Shown: piece by piece, positions 11,736-24,761 of the stretch
How the letters are laid out: the number at the start of each line of letters is the position of its first letter
Numbering within the stretch: position 1 is the first letter of the stretch
NCBI GenBank assembly: GCA_964016885.1
Contig: OZ024740.1
Coordinates: 329,530,001 to 329,594,000 of the forward strand
Source of the DNA: Eledone cirrhosa
Taxonomy: Eukaryota
Direction: 5' to 3'
Length of the DNA stretch: 64,000 nt
Position numbers and translations under genes: made by a program
Notes under the pieces: model-generated
Databases searched by the model: none
Told to the model about the DNA's origin: nothing
What the model saw: the letters and a program-made list of their open reading frames with translations, nothing else

Positions 11736-14700
11736 TTACAGATATATACTCAGAGTAGGCCCATTCACTCGGGCCATTCTTGCTTCTCTCACCCATCTTT
11801 CAACAAAATGCTGGGAAGAGAGCACTTCCCTCTCTACTCTGATTTTCCTTTTCAAATGAAATTTGAAAAAGTCAATCAGAGCATCACCGAAGAGGTAAGT
11901 GCTCGTCTTCAGCCCTTTCAAACGTGTCCACCATACTATCTCTTTCACCATGGCCACCAGGCAGATAAAAACTGCCTGCCCTTCCCGGCTAAAGGAGGAG
12001 GGCGGGGCAATCCTCACGATGGACTCAGATGATAGCCGGATCCGTCCTAAACGCGACAGCAGGTGTTCGACATAAACCCACAAGTCAGCAATTTTCGGAC
12101 ACTGGACGAGTGCGTGCAGGACGGTTTCGTCGCCCTGCGCGCATCTCGGACATGCCCGGCTGACGGCACCTCCATGCCTGTAGAGTTTATCCCGAACTGG
12201 CAAGGCTCCTCGGTAGCACTGCCAGGCCAGAGATTTCTGGAAGTTGTCCATAGGCCCTGGCCCGAAAGTTCTTCCGAAGAGATTGGCTAGTTGATTTTCG
12301 TCGACGCCTAGAGTTTCCCCAAGTACGTCATCGCTCTTCCCCTCCACTAATCCTCTATAGAACGCCGAGGTGGAGTTTCCACCGATCACATTGCCCGATT
12401 GGTCGAGGGCTGTGAGCGCCTGAAGACATTCCAGTCTCCAGGCGCTCCCTCTCGGTCTTCGCTTGACCCAGGACTGCAGCTCCGTCAAGGAAACGAGCTG
12501 GGGAAACACGCGCCTAGCAAACGGCGACCACACCTGATCACCGTCGAGGAAGAGGTGGAGATGTCGTAGCCTGAGCGCGTGCCTGCGCATCATCAGCCAC
12601 GGCATGCCCAGCCCTCCACGTAGCGGGTGTTGACAACAGATGGACCGCCTGACCATCGGAGCGCGTCCCTTCCACAAAAAGCGAAAGAGCAAACGCTCCA
12701 GCGCAGTCAGGCGAGGCTTAGGACAAGGTACGACGGTCAGACGGTAGCAGATGACGGACGCGATGTACGCGTTAGCCACCTCCGCTCGACCTTTCAGGGA
12801 TAGCTTCCTCTCCGCCCATCTCTGGGTGAGAGAAGCCACCCTGCTCGTCACCTCGTCCCAGTTTTTGTCCGTCTGGAGGTCCGGACCGAACCAGACCCCT
12901 AGCAATTTAACCGGTCCGTCCGTCCAGCGTCCGACGACGCTGTTGGACGGCATGGACCTGCCTCTCCAGGTGCCGAGCTGCAGGCCCACTGACTTTTCCT
13001 GGTTGATCATTGCTCCTGTCACCGCTTCGTATTCTCTTAGTGTAGTGCCGATCGCCTCGATGTGTTTGGCGCTCGACACCACTACGGTGACATCGTCCGC
13101 ATATGCTGACACTGATCTTCCGCATCCTAGTTCGCGCGGGACTCCCCTCAACGTCTCCAGTTTGTGCAGTAATGGCTCGAGAGTCAATACGTACAAGAGG
13201 GACGAGAGGGGACATCCTTGGCGGACCGAGCGCATGATGTTGAACGGTTCCGACAGGTGACCGTTCACTCTCACCACAGAGCAGATGTCGCTGTGCATGG
13301 CAGCGATCCAGCCTCTGAAGACGGGCCCAAAACCAGCCGCCCTCAGGACTGCCGCTAGGTAACGATGGTCGACCCTATCGAAAGCTTTCGACTGATCTAA
13401 ATTGATCAAGGACCCACCCGTGCCAGGTTCCCTAGCTACCCTCTCTACGATGTATCGCATGAGGTGGAGGTTGTCGTGGATGGATCTGTCGGGAATGGCG
13501 CATGTCTGCGCCTCTCCCACCAGACCACCAACGACAAGCGCCAACCTCTTTGCTAGCACCTTGGCCAAAATCTTAAACTCTGTGTTTAGCAGAGTTATGG
13601 GCCGGAAATTGTCTATGTTATCCCCCTTGTTCGGATCCTTTCTCAGCAGTGCCACCGCTCCTCGGCTCACAGAACTGGGAATTCTCCCGTTCTGTTGCCA
13701 GTTGCAGTAGACGTCCGCCAAGAGGCCTCCGAACAAGTCTGGCATCTGTACGTAAAGTTCATAGGGCAGACCATCCAAACCAGGCGATTTACCCCTTGTG
13801 CAGCCAGTCATTGCCTCCCCTACTTCAGCGGCTGTTATCGGCTTTTCGCAACACTTCGCCTCAGTGGCCGAGAGCCGCGGCAGTCCGTCGAGGTAGACAC
13901 TAAAGTCCATCCCTCTACCCGGCCCACCGCTGCCCCCGAACACCTGAGCGAAGTGTCGCTGAAAAGCTTCACACATTTGCCCGGGATCGAGTAGCATGCG
14001 CCCGTCGTGGTCCACCAAAGACCGGATCGTGGCTTTGTTGCCACGACGCGCCTCCGCCACTCGGGCCCATTGAACGGCTTTCGTCCTCTCGTGTCTGAGA
14101 GCACGCACCCTTGCTCTGACAACGCAGCCTTCGTGCTTTGCATTGAAGAATTGGTCAAGGGCCAATTTCGCCGCAAGCACGTCGGTCGCAATGCCTTTGC
14201 TAAGCGCCTCGTCTAATTTTCTAACTAGTTCTCCCTCTGCTCTATTTTTCTCTATTGCTAAAGCCTTACTAAACCTAATCGATTCTATTCTAATCGCTCT
14301 TTTCAGAGCAAACCACCACTTGTTGTTGACGATGGCCCCCGTCAACGCCCGCTTAACTAGTTCGCTAATCCGGTCTCTGTAGGCCTTGCGCGCTGGTAAG
14401 GACGCGTTTAGCTTCCAGTAGCCGGGTCCTCGTCTATGAAGCCTATCTAAGTCAAGCACACAGATCATGAATTTGTGGTCCGTGTAGCTGACTATCTTGA
14501 ATTGTGGACAGCCTATGCTAGACCTATCTATTTCCCTACAAAATACTCTATCTAGATATGATCTGGATGACCCTATGCGGTTTGTCCAAGTCCACATTGG
14601 CACATTTGGGAAATCCAATCGGTACCTGTCAGACAGTTCAAAACGCCTGAGCAGGTTGGTGAGGCTCTTGCACCCTCCACCCCTATCCGCTAATCCCACA

Positions 14701-15155
14701 CAGTCCCAGCGTGCATCTAAGATCCCGTTCCAGTCGCCCACTAACACTAAAGAGCGGGACGTTCCAAGAAAGGTCTCCAGACGCCGGAAGAAATCAGGCC
14801 GCCCTGCTCCTGTCGGGGCATAGACGGCCACTAGCCTGAAAGCTTGCCCGTCTCCGCTGGTCATGTCCAGCACCACCAGCTTACCCTCTGGGTCCAGGAA
14901 GATGGCCCGTATGGCAAGATCCACACCTCTCCGAAAAAGCACAGCAACTCCTCCACCGGATCCAGGACGGCTGGGAGATGCGTACACATCGTAGCCGCCG
15001 AAGATCGGTGCGAAGGCCCGTGCTTCGGAGATTCTGGTCTCGCTGATGGCCACTACATCTATGTTTAGTGACCTGAGGTCGTTGAGCAGGTGACCCTGCT
15101 TCCATGACGACCCCAAGCCACGCGCATTTATGCTGCCTATTCTGAGTGAGGTCAT
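11736..15155 (-). CDS. Tx1-type ORF2 (APE+RT), intact; frame stays open upstream into an ORF1 remnant to ~15500
   Basis: Same motifs as 5692-9111; 12 aa differences counted by eye over 1139 aa. Confidence 0.93.
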   Translation of the reverse strand: MTSLRIGSINARGLGSSWKQGHLLNDLRSLNIDVVAISETRISEARAFAPIFGGYDVYASPSRPGSGGGVAVLFRRGVDLAIRAIFLDPEGKLVVLDMTSGDGQAFRLVAVYAPTGAGRPDFFRRLETFLGTSRSLVLVGDWNGILDARWDCVGLADRGGGCKSLTNLLRRFELSDRYRLDFPNVPMWTWTNRIGSSRSYLDRVFCREIDRSSIGCPQFKIVSYTDHKFMICVLDLDRLHRRGPGYWKLNASLPARKAYRDRISELVKRALTGAIVNNKWWFALKRAIRIESIRFSKALAIEKNRAEGELVRKLDEALSKGIATDVLAAKLALDQFFNAKHEGCVVRARVRALRHERTKAVQWARVAEARRGNKATIRSLVDHDGRMLLDPGQMCEAFQRHFAQVFGGSGGPGRGMDFSVYLDGLPRLSATEAKCCEKPITAAEVGEAMTGCTRGKSPGLDGLPYELYVQMPDLFGGLLADVYCNWQQNGRIPSSVSRGAVALLRKDPNKGDNIDNFRPITLLNTEFKILAKVLAKRLALVVGGLVGEAQTCAIPDRSIHDNLHLMRYIVERVAREPGTGGSLINLDQSKAFDRVDHRYLAAVLRAAGFGPVFRGWIAAMHSDICSVVRVNGHLSEPFNIMRSVRQGCPLSSLLYVLTLEPLLHKLETLRGVPRELGCGRSVSAYADDVTVVVSSAKHIEAIGTTLREYEAVTGAMINQEKSVGLQLGTWRGRSMPSNSVVGRWTDGPVKLLGVWFGPDLQTDKNWDEVTSRVASLTQRWAERKLSLKGRAEVANAYIASVICYRLTVVPCPKPRLTALERLLFRFLWKGRAPMVRRSICCQHPLRGGLGMPWLMMRRHALRLRHLHLFLDGDQVWSPFARRVFPQLVSLTELQSWVKRRPRGSAWRLECLQALTALDQSGNVIGGNSTSAFYRGLVEGKSDDVLGETLGVDENQLANLFGRTFGPGPMDNFQKSLAWQCYRGALPVRDKLYRHGGAVSRACPRCAQGDETVLHALVQCPKIADLWVYVEHLLSRLGRIRLSSESIVRIAPPSSFSREGQAVFICLVAMVKEIVWWTRLKGLKTSTYLFGDALIDFFKFHLKRKIRVEREVLSSQHFVERWVREARMARVNGPTLSIYL

Positions 15156-16937
15156 GTCTTTTTCTGTCATGCTGGTGTTGTGTTGGATGTAGTGTAATAA
15201 TTGCTTGTTGTTCAAATTTAATGCTGTGTACTGTGTATCGTTTTGGTTGTTTTGTTTTGTTTGCGTTTGTTGTGGGTTTGTTTCTGTTTCGCATTTTGGT
15301 GACTTTTGTGGTGTAGGTGATGGTTGTGTTGGGGTTAATGATGGTGATGGTGTTGGTGTTTGGGTTGATGGGGTGGGTGATGCTGGTGTGGATGGTGGCA
15401 TATCTGTCCTAACTTTTTTGTTTCTTAATTTATTTGTTTCCCTCTGTATTATGTTTTTGGAGGGGGAAGGAAGAGAATTTTTTCTTTTTTGGTTTCTTTT
15501 TTTTTCCGGATATCGTTTTCCACTCCTCGTCGTCACAATCTGTCTCCAGTTGTGATAGGCCGGCGAGTGGAAAATCCTCCACAGGCGTTAGTTTTGGTTG
15601 TGGCGTGGTGGATGGTGTAGGCGCTGGTGCTAGTTCTGAAGCGTTGGGTGGTGGTGGTGTTGGTTTTTCTGGTGGTGGTGGTGGTGTTGGTTTTGCTACT
15701 GTTGCTGGGGTTGTTGCTGTTATAGTTGCTTCTGTTGTTGCTGCTACAGTTGTTGCTGCCATCTCTGCTACTGGTGGTGTTGATGGTTGTGTCACTGGGG
15801 TGGGTAGGAGAGGTGGCCTCAACCTTTTAGCCTGAGGGCAGAAAGCCCTTATGTGGGTTCCTTCACCACAAACGACACACCTAGGTATTCTGCCCTCGAC
15901 ACTTACCGTGAGGTGGCTGCCGTCAGTGAGGTCTATTACCTCTGGGATCTCCTCAATGCATTTTTGGTCCGCTTGGATCAGGAGCTCCATCCCAGATCCT
16001 GACCAGTTCTCCTGCTTTTCTTTTGCTATTGCTATTATTTTTGTGTTGGCTTCGATGCCGGCGAGGACGGCCGCTATTAGCCAGGGAATTTCGATGGCCG
16101 GTGGAACGTGGGTCACCCTGATCTTTACGAGTCTCTGGCCACAATAGCTTCGGACGAGTGTGAAGTCGTCACTTCTTAATGGGGCCATGGAGTGTTCTCT
16201 AGCCTCCTCTGGTGTTTCAAAGAACACGTCCACGGTTCCATACTTCTGCCCACGTCTGATGTGGGTTTTTCTTGCCCACACATGTCCCAAAGCTTTTTGG
16301 ATTTGGGACTCGGATGCCCGTTCCACTCGGCGCGATTTTACAATTATTGTTCTATACGACACCGTGCATAGGCGCCGATGCTCCATTTTATTAGGTGTGT
16401 GTGTGTGGGGGGGCTGACCCTGTACCCATCTTTCTTTACCATTTGTTTGGCATTTTCTAAATCCTCCTGAGTTACCGTAAATGCTTCGAACTGTTTTGCT
16501 ACTCTGGCAAAACTGAGGGTGGTTTTTATAATGTCATTGTTGTTGTTGTTGCTATCGTTATTTGTGTTAATATTAATTTTAGTTTCAGTTGTGGTGGTGG
16601 TGACGTCAGTCGTCTTTGGTGGGGAAGAGTCCATTTTGCTTGATTTCATTTCGACATCACGAGTTAATTTATTTTTTTCTTCTTTTGTTTCTGTTGTCGC
16701 GGTGGTGGTGGGCGTGGTGGTTGTCGCGGTGGTGGTGGTGGTGGAGTCTTTAACACCTGCAGTCATTGGTAATGGCGGGAAATGAATGTCTGCCTGATAC
16801 ACATTTAAAATATTGCTACTGCTTATATTTTTTGTAGTGTTTGCAAACGTAGTAACATTTACAATGGTGGTGTCGGTGTGAGGTGTTAATGTGTGAGAAA
16901 GGCTTTCAGCTGCTTGGTGCAGTGGTCAATTAGCCAT
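15156..16937 (-). pseudogene. Divergent Tx1 ORF1 with frameshifts (at ~16400 GT/G run and ~15500 A-run), C-terminally truncated
   Basis: SFARVAK, CTVSYRT..RRVERASESQIQKALG and CVVCGEGTHIRAFC knuckle are homologous to, but clearly diverged from, ORF1 of copy A. Confidence 0.85.
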
Positions 16938-17159
16938 TTTTTTTCAAAGAAATGTTTTGATAATCATAAAAGTTTTAATTTTGGGCACAAGGCCCCAATC
17001 TTTTTGGGTGTCCTTTTCGGAAAACAATGTATGTGCGCTTATAAACAGTTAACAATAAAATTTTCTATAAATGACAATTTTTAACAAACGGAAATAACAA
17101 ACCTTTGCGGAGGTCACGATGATACGATTTACTACGTAGGTCGCCAATCTTGAGCCACA

Positions 17160-18100
17160 AAAAATTCGGACCTAAAATATATTGTTATAAGGCTCAAATA
17201 TTCAAATATTAAACTTTGTATTGTACATTGTATATTCAAAAAAGAAAATGGCTATAAATGGAAGAAGACCCCCCCTCCTCTGTCTACACTATATAGAACA
17301 GCCAAACAACACCAATCTCACCAACACCAGCAACTAGATACACCACCTACCCCATCACCTCTCTGTGTACACTAAACACAACAGCCAGATAACGGCAATT
17401 TCAACACCACCACTCACTACTGCCATCATTACCACCACTATCCCATCAATGCCGCCACCACTCCTTCATTGCAACCACCGCTACAATACCATCACTACAG
17501 TAATACGATCACATCACCACCACCACTGCCTCGGTATCGACATCACCACCACAACTGTCTCAGTATCGATACCGCCGCTACTGTATCCCACATCACCACG
17601 CTGGCTGCTGCCACCACATTATAGAATTACTATTTTAGGATTACTATTATTATTGTCTCAAATTAAAAAAAAAATGTTTAATTCCAATTTTACGGGAATA
17701 TGTCAACACAAAATATAATAAAAATATATATTAAACATACGAACACAAACTCATAGATACTACATATCAGTAACCACAACGCCACCGCTGCCACCACCCC
17801 ACCCCATCCATCATTTCTACCACTATCCCATCGTCGCCGCCACCACTCCTTCAATGCTACCACCACTATTCCCCTGTTAACTTGAGAGAGAAAGGGGAAG
17901 GTGGCGGTATCACTAGACAAGGGAGAGGCTAGCAAAAGATATAAATAGATTGACTTAGTGACCTGACCACCGGCCAAACGTCAACATCAACAACTATGGG
18001 ACTGCTGGCTCACCCCTTCCTCACCAACAATATAAAAAGCCCCGGCACCACCACCGACATAGCCAACAACAATAACAGCCAACTACAACAAAAAGTATAT
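17160..18100. repeat. ACC-rich unclassified interspersed repeat, related to 24925-25420
   Basis: Shared blocks (ggctc.aatatt.aatatt, tcaaaaaagaaaat, caaaagatataaataga.tga.tt.gtg.cc.ga.ca) around (ACC)n-rich cores. Confidence 0.55.
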
Positions 18101-18224
18101 TATATTATTGTAATGCACTGGGTGATTTCTGGCCTTGTGCCTGGAGTGGGGACAATTATTAATAATTTCATTCTTAAGCCACGCAATGCTCACATTAAGG
18201 AACTACTCATGATAATAACAACTT

Positions 18225-21200
18225 AAAAAAACAACAAAAAGAAAACCCCGTGACCAAGAAATACCGGGATGGCGGCCGGCGGGGAATAGCCGTGTCTCTA
18301 CGGGAGAACGACCCCTCTAGTCTTGGTTGACACTCGTTCTAGAAGTGGTAACACGAAATGATTACCCCTTGGCGGATAAGGATAAAACGCGACAAAATAA
18401 AGTAAATGTCTAATGATAAAATCTCATACCGGATCGGCCGTCACCCGGGTAAAGAAGGGCAGCGTTCCCCAGAGAGGAACCAGACTGGGGTCGAAAAATC
18501 AGCTAATGGTTCAAACCTTCCCATCACTTCGGAGCTGGAGACCTCCCATAACCGGAATACTCCTACTGTTGGCCCTCCATGCTCACCACCAAGAAATCCA
18601 AAGAAAAAGAGAGAACAATGGTCAAGGGAAGATAATAAAGAAGTCCTTGAGGCTTTCTACACTGCCATGTACTACCCATCAAATACATCGAATACAGAAC
18701 AGACATATATCAACTGGAAAAAGAAACATCCCGAAAACAGAGGCTATATTGACAGTAACGAACTAGCCAATATACGAAGAAATATTGTAAGAAAAAGTTA
18801 CTAACTGATATAGAAATTGATCAGATCAAGCTATTAGCACAAAGTCAGCGAAGGGAAAATGAAACATGTGTCAGTGAAAACGAGGTAAACTGTAACACTT
18901 CGAATCCCAGGGTTGGGGCGGAATCACTGGCAACAGAACAAATTAAAGAAAGTATCGAAAAAGTGGAGGAGTGCATGCTCAAGAAGAAACTCTAAATGAA
19001 AATATAGATCGTAAATGATAAAGAAATGAATGAGAATGAACTTGCCAACTTGAAGGATGAAATATATAAATCGAATGGATGAAAATGAAAGAAGCTGACA
19101 TGGGGCAACGAGACACCCTTCCTAAGATCCAGAACTCCAAACAGAACCAAAAGATAATACACAAGACTAACATAATTCTCAAAAACATTATCATCACAAA
19201 CAAACTAAACATTACTGATTTAAATCATCTCTATTATGCATCGGCTAAAGTCACCACTCACTTATGTGGAGGGAAAAAACAAAGGAATTCCCACAATAAA
19301 TCTACTTGGCAAGAGAACAACAATCGCCAAATAAACCTTCTCCGATCTGACATAGAAATTTTAACAAACTATAAAGTAGGTGAACATGTTAAACAAACTA
19401 AACTTAGAAAATTGAAAAAAAAGTACAGTATAAAATCAACATGTGACATAGACATGCTGATAGAAATAATCAAGCAAAAAGTGTCGGCCAAAGCTGCTCG
19501 TATAAGGCGCTTTGAAAAACGATCTAGATTCTATAAGGACAATAATATGTTCAAAAACAACCAAAGAAACTTCTACAGAAAAATTGGTAAGTCAACAATA
19601 ACTGCTAAATCAATACCACCCAAGGAGGAAGTGCAAGAATTCTGGGAAAAGATCTGGGCCGAAGAAAAAGTTCATAACATACATGCCCCATGGATAGACA
19701 GACAAATGAAAGATACAGCTCACCTTGAGGAACAAACATGGGAAAATATAACAGTTGAACAGTTGCGCTTGGCTCTAAGAAAAACCAGCAAATGGAAATC
19801 CCCAGGAAAAGACAAAATACAAAACTTTTGGATAAATGCCTTCACAGAGTCTCATGAGCTGTTAGCCCAACTTTACAATGAAATAGTAAAGGAGCCAGAA
19901 AAGATACCTTCATGGCTAGTTAACGGCATTACATTCCTGCTTCCGAAGAATGATGAGACAAACAATCCCCAAAATTACAGACCGATAACTTGCTTGACCA
20001 CAATGTATAAAATTTTAACATCAGTCCTAACTGAATACACATATGACCACCTGATAAAAAATGACCTATTTCCCATTGAGCAGAAAGGGTGTAAACGAGG
20101 CTCATATGGCTGTAAAGATCAGCTTCTGGTTAACAAAATGATACTGGATGATTGTCATAATAGACACAAAAATCTATCGATTGCTTGGATAGATTATAAA
20201 AAAGCATTTGATAGTTTACCACACAGTTGGATTGAAAAATGTTTAGATATTTTCAAAATATCCCCCGTTGTCAGGAGGTTTTTGTCATTCAGTATGAAGA
20301 CATGGAAAACGACACTCCTTTTGAATAGTGAAACAAAATCACTGGAAGCTGGAGAAGTTAATATTAATTGTGGAATTTTTCAGGGTGACTCTTTATCACC
20401 GCTTTTATTCTGCATCGCACTTATACCATTAAGTAAAATGCTCAATGAAACAAAACATGGATATAAAATCTATGACAAAACCATTAATCACTTGTTCTAC
20501 GTGGATGACCTGAAACTATTTGCAAAAAATGATGAACAATTGCAAGGGCTATTATCCACTGTGAAGCAGTTCAGTTATGACATTAAAATGGAGTTTGGAC
20601 TAGATAAATGCGCCAAAGCAACGTTCACCAGAGGAAAGCTGCTGAAAATTTCAGACATTAATCTTAATCGGGGGAATGTGATAAGAGAACTTGATCAAGA
20701 AAAAACTTACAAATATCTAGGTGTTCGTGAAGGAGACGGAGTCAAGCACTCGACAATGAAGGAAAGGATAAGGAAGGAATGTTACCGCAGAGTAAGAGCA
20801 ATCTTAAGAACGGAATTGAATGCAAGGAATAGGATCGATACCATAAACACGCGTGCCATACCAGTAGTAACCTACAGTTACAATGTCATCAACTGGTCAA
20901 GCACAGAGATCCGTAGGCTCGATACAAAAATTCAAAAATTATTAACCATGCACAAAATGCATCACCCTAAGGCAGATATAGATAGAATATATCTCCATAG
21001 GAAAGAAGGAGGACGTGGGTTAATCCAGTTAGACATTGCGTTGAAAACTCCAACAATTGGATTATCTACATATCTAAGGGAATCACATGATTGGATGATC
21101 AAACTCGTTTTGAAACACGAAATCATCAAAAGATCATATTCCATTACAAAAGATGCACAAAGATACAGTAATGGACTACACATTTCAGAAGTCCCATTTA

Positions 21201-22191
21201 CTGCTGAAAAGGAAAACACAGAAAAAGCAAAGCAGGTAAAAGTAACTGCAAAGAAAGAACTGCTACAGAAACTGGCTAAGAAATGGCAAGAAAAGCCTCT
21301 GTATGGAAAATATCCAGAGTGAGCTAACAATCCTGATGTTGACAAAACTTTAACCCATCAGTGGTTGGCATCCTCTGGACTGAAATCGGAGACTGAAGGA
21401 CTGATTATATCGGCACAAGATCAGTGTCTGCCAACAAAAAATTACCAAGCCAACATAATAAAAAATGGGTGCAGCCCATTATGCCGTGTATGCAAAAAAC
21501 AACCAGAGACCATTGACCATATAATTTCAATGTGCAGTCCTATAGCTCCAACCGAATACCTAAACAGGCATGACGGAGCTGCACAATACATACATTGGAT
21601 AATGTGTAAGCATTTTGACCTGCCCCATCAAAAGAATTGGTGGGAGCATCAACCACCCCCCATACTTGAAAAAGATCACATCTCAATCTTGTGGAACTTT
21701 AGCATCCAAACAGACCGAAAAATAGATGCAAATAGACCTGATATAATATTGAAAGACTTTCAAAAGAGGGTATGCCAACTAATTGATATGTCTGTTCCAA
21801 TAGACAAGAATGTATCTATAAAAACATTTGAAAAATTGAGCAAATATAAGGAGCTGGAGATAGAAATTGGAAAAATGTGGAAATTGAGAACTAAAACAAT
21901 ACCAGTGGTTGTAGGCGCTCTGGGAATGATACCTAAGGGGTCTAATGATTACTTATGGCAAATCCCAGGAAACCCGCGTATAGGAGAAATACAAAAGATA
22001 GTACTAATGGGAACTGCCCATATACTAAGGAAGATTCTGTCAATATAAGTACATCACAAGTCTAAAGACTAAAGATGCATGTGTGAATATGTATGTTCTT
22101 TCTTGAACATGGCGGACCTTGTTGTCTCTTGAGGTCACTGGTTGTGACTTGGTGATAACTCGTATGAACAAAAAGCAAGATAAATGCAACT

Positions 22192-22241
<50 letters not shown>
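18225..22241 (+). mobile_element. R4/Dong-clade non-LTR retrotransposon, family A, near full length, (AAT)n tail
   Basis: GC-rich 5'UTR, ORF from ATG 18406, RT ([28 protein letters not shown]), CCHC CRVC..DHIISMC, RHD and RPD..D..K-Y RLE motifs, 3'UTR, (AAT)n 22193-22241. Confidence 0.9.
18406..22048 (+). pseudogene. R4/Dong RT-RLE polyprotein, disrupted in the N-terminus (~18800-19020) and by one in-frame TGA at 21320
   Basis: ORFs 19079-21322 and 21365-22048 are in the same frame; N-terminal EQWSREDNKEVLEAFY. Confidence 0.88.
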
Positions 22242-22242
<1 letters not shown>

Positions 22243-23000
22243 GGCTACAGAAGGAATGTTAATGGCTGCGCTAGGGCAGGCCCTCAAAACGAAGTGGTTG
22301 AAACACCATATTTACAAGGAGGAGGCTAGCCCACTGTGCAGGATCTGTGGAGAGAGAGAGGAGACTGTGGCTCACATTGTATCCGAGTGTAAACACCTAG
22401 CCCAGACTCACTATAAGGGCTGGAGACATGATGTGATGGGCAGGGTGGTCCACTGGCACCTATGCAAAGTAAACAATTTACCACATTCTGAGAAGTGGTA
22501 TGAGCATAAGCCAGAGTCGGTGATAGAAAACGATCAGGTGAAGGTGCTGTGGGATTTTAGGATACAGACGGACAAGAAACTGGAACACAATAGACCTGAC
22601 CTGGTGGTTTTGGACAAAGAAAAAAGATCGTGCCTGATTGTGGATGTGGCCTGCCCATTCGACACGAGAGTGCAAGAGAAGGAGAGGGAAAAAATTAACC
22701 GATATCAGGAGTTAAAGTGGGAGGTAAAAAGGATTTGGAACTGCCATGAAGTCAAAGTGGTCCCGATTGTCATAGGCGCACTAGGTACTATCTCAAAAAG
22801 TTTCCAGGGATGATTGAAGAAAATTGGCCCCGCCACGCTTTTTGGAACGCTTCAAAAGGCATGCTTGCTGGGAACAGCAATAACCTCCCGATACGTCCTG
22901 AATATCTGAGGCTGCAGGTAGTGGCTTGATATTCATTTCAACAAACTTTCCTGTTAACTAACATCAATGACTGAGACTCAAAGAATAATAATAATAATAA
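22242..23000 (+). mobile_element. 5'-truncated R4/Dong family B (zinc knuckle + RLE + 3'UTR + AAT tail)
   Basis: CRICGEREETVAHIVSEC, RHD, NRPDLVV, IVDVACPFD, VVPIVIGALG; 3'UTR matches 28451-28525. Confidence 0.88.
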
Positions 23001-23001
23001 C

Positions 23002-24761
23002 ATTTTAACATCAGTCCTAACTGAATATACATTTGACCACCTGATAACAAATGACCTATTTCCCATTGAGCAGAAAGGGTATAAACGAGGCTCATATGGC
23101 TGTAAGGATCAGCTTTTGGTTAACTAAATGATACTGGAAGATTGTCATAATAGACACACACATCTATCAATTGCTTGGATAGATTATAAAAAAGCATTCG
23201 ATAGTTTGCCACACAGTTGGATTGAAAAATGTTTAGAGATTTTCAAAATATCTCCCGTTGTCAGGAGGTTTTTATCATTCAGTATGAAGATATGGAAAAC
23301 GACACACCTTTTGAATAGTGAAACAAAATCACTGGAAGCTGGAGAAGTTAATATTAATTGTGGAATTTTTCAGGGTGACTCTTTATCACCACTTTTATTC
23401 TGCATCGCACTTATACCATTAAGTAAAATGCACAATGAAACAAAACATGGATATAAAATCTATGACAAAACCATTAATCACTTGTTCTACGTGGATGACC
23501 TGAAACTATTTGCAAAAAATGATGAACAATTGCAAGGGCTATTATCCACTGTGAAGCAGTTCAGTGATGACATTAAAATGGAGTTTGGACTAGATAAATG
23601 CGCCAAAGCAACGTTCACCAGAGGAAAGCTGCTGAAAAGTTCAGACATTAATCTTGATCGGGGGAATGTGATAAGAGAACTTGATCAAGAAAAAACTTAC
23701 AAATATCTAGGTGTTTGTGAAAGAGACGGAATCAAGCACTCGACAATGAAGGAAAGGATAAGGAAGGAATGTTACCGCAGAGTAAGAGCAATCTTAAGAA
23801 CGGAATTGAATGCAAGGAATAGGATCGATGCCATAAACACGCTTGCCATACCAGTAGTAACCTACAGTTACAATGTCATCAACTGTTCAAGCACAGAGAT
23901 CCGTACACTCAATACAAAAATTCGAAAATTCTTAACCATGCACACAATGCATCACCCTAAGGCAGATACAGATAGAATATATCTCTCTAGGAAAGAAGGA
24001 GGACGTGACTTAATCCAGTTAGATATTGCGTTGAAAATTGCAACAATTGGATTATCTACATATCTAAGGGAATCACATGATTGGATGATCAAACTCGTTT
24101 TGAAACACGAAAGCATCAAAAGATCATACTCCATTACAAAAGATGCACAAAGATACAGTAATGGACTACAAATTTCAGAAGTCCCATTTATTGCTGAAAT
24201 GGAAAACACAGAAAAAGCAAAGCTGGTAAAAGTAACTGCAAAGAAAGAACTGCTACAGAAACTGGCTAAGAAATGGCAAGAATAGCCTCTGTATGGAAAA
24301 TATCCAGACGAGCTAACAATCCTGGTGTTGACAAAACTTTAACCCATCAGTGGTTGGCATCCTCTGGACTGAAATCGGAGACTGAAGGACTGATTATATC
24401 AGCACAAGATCAGTGTCAGCCAACAAAAAATTACCAAGCCGACATAATAAAAAATGGATGCAGCCTATTATGCCGTGTATGCAAAAAACAACCAGAGACC
24501 ATTGACCATATAATTTCAATGTGCAGTCCTATAGCTCCAACCGAATACCTAAACAGGCATGACAGAGCTTCACAATACATACATTGGATAATGTGTAAGC
24601 ATTTTGACCTGACCCATCAAAAGAATTGGTGGGAGCATCAACTACCTCCCATACTTGAAAAAGATCACATCTCAATCTTGTGGAACTTTAGCATCCAAAC
24701 AGACCGAAAAATAGATGCAAATAGACCAGATATAATACTGAAGGACTTTAAAAAGAGGGTA
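23002..24761 (+). mobile_element. Second copy of R4/Dong family A, truncated at both ends
   Basis: Near-identical to 20011-21771, with extra stops and a frameshift. Confidence 0.9.

Larger units (their letters stand above)
11457..17150 (-). mobile_element. Chimeric L1/Tx1 LINE (copy B): ORF2+3'UTR of family A joined to a divergent 5'UTR/ORF1
   Basis: ORF2 matches copy A at a constant 6044-nt offset and the 3'UTR is near-identical. Identity stops 2 nt upstream of the ORF2 ATG. (TTA)n tail at 11457-11474 abuts the 5' end of copy A. The 5' boundary is approximate. Confidence 0.9.

Noticed and set aside
5641-15068. Numerous antisense and overlapping ORFs inside the Tx1 ORF2 copies
   Set aside because: By-products of GC-rich coding sequence; duplicated only because the element is duplicated.
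15490-15510. A9 run as a programmed ribosomal frameshift in ORF1-B
   Set aside because: The homologous ORF1-A is continuous here; a homopolymer indel or sequencing error is more likely.
21320-21322. In-frame TGA between RT and RLE as programmed readthrough or selenocysteine
   Set aside because: The second copy has CGA at this position (~24309), so it is most simply CpG decay.
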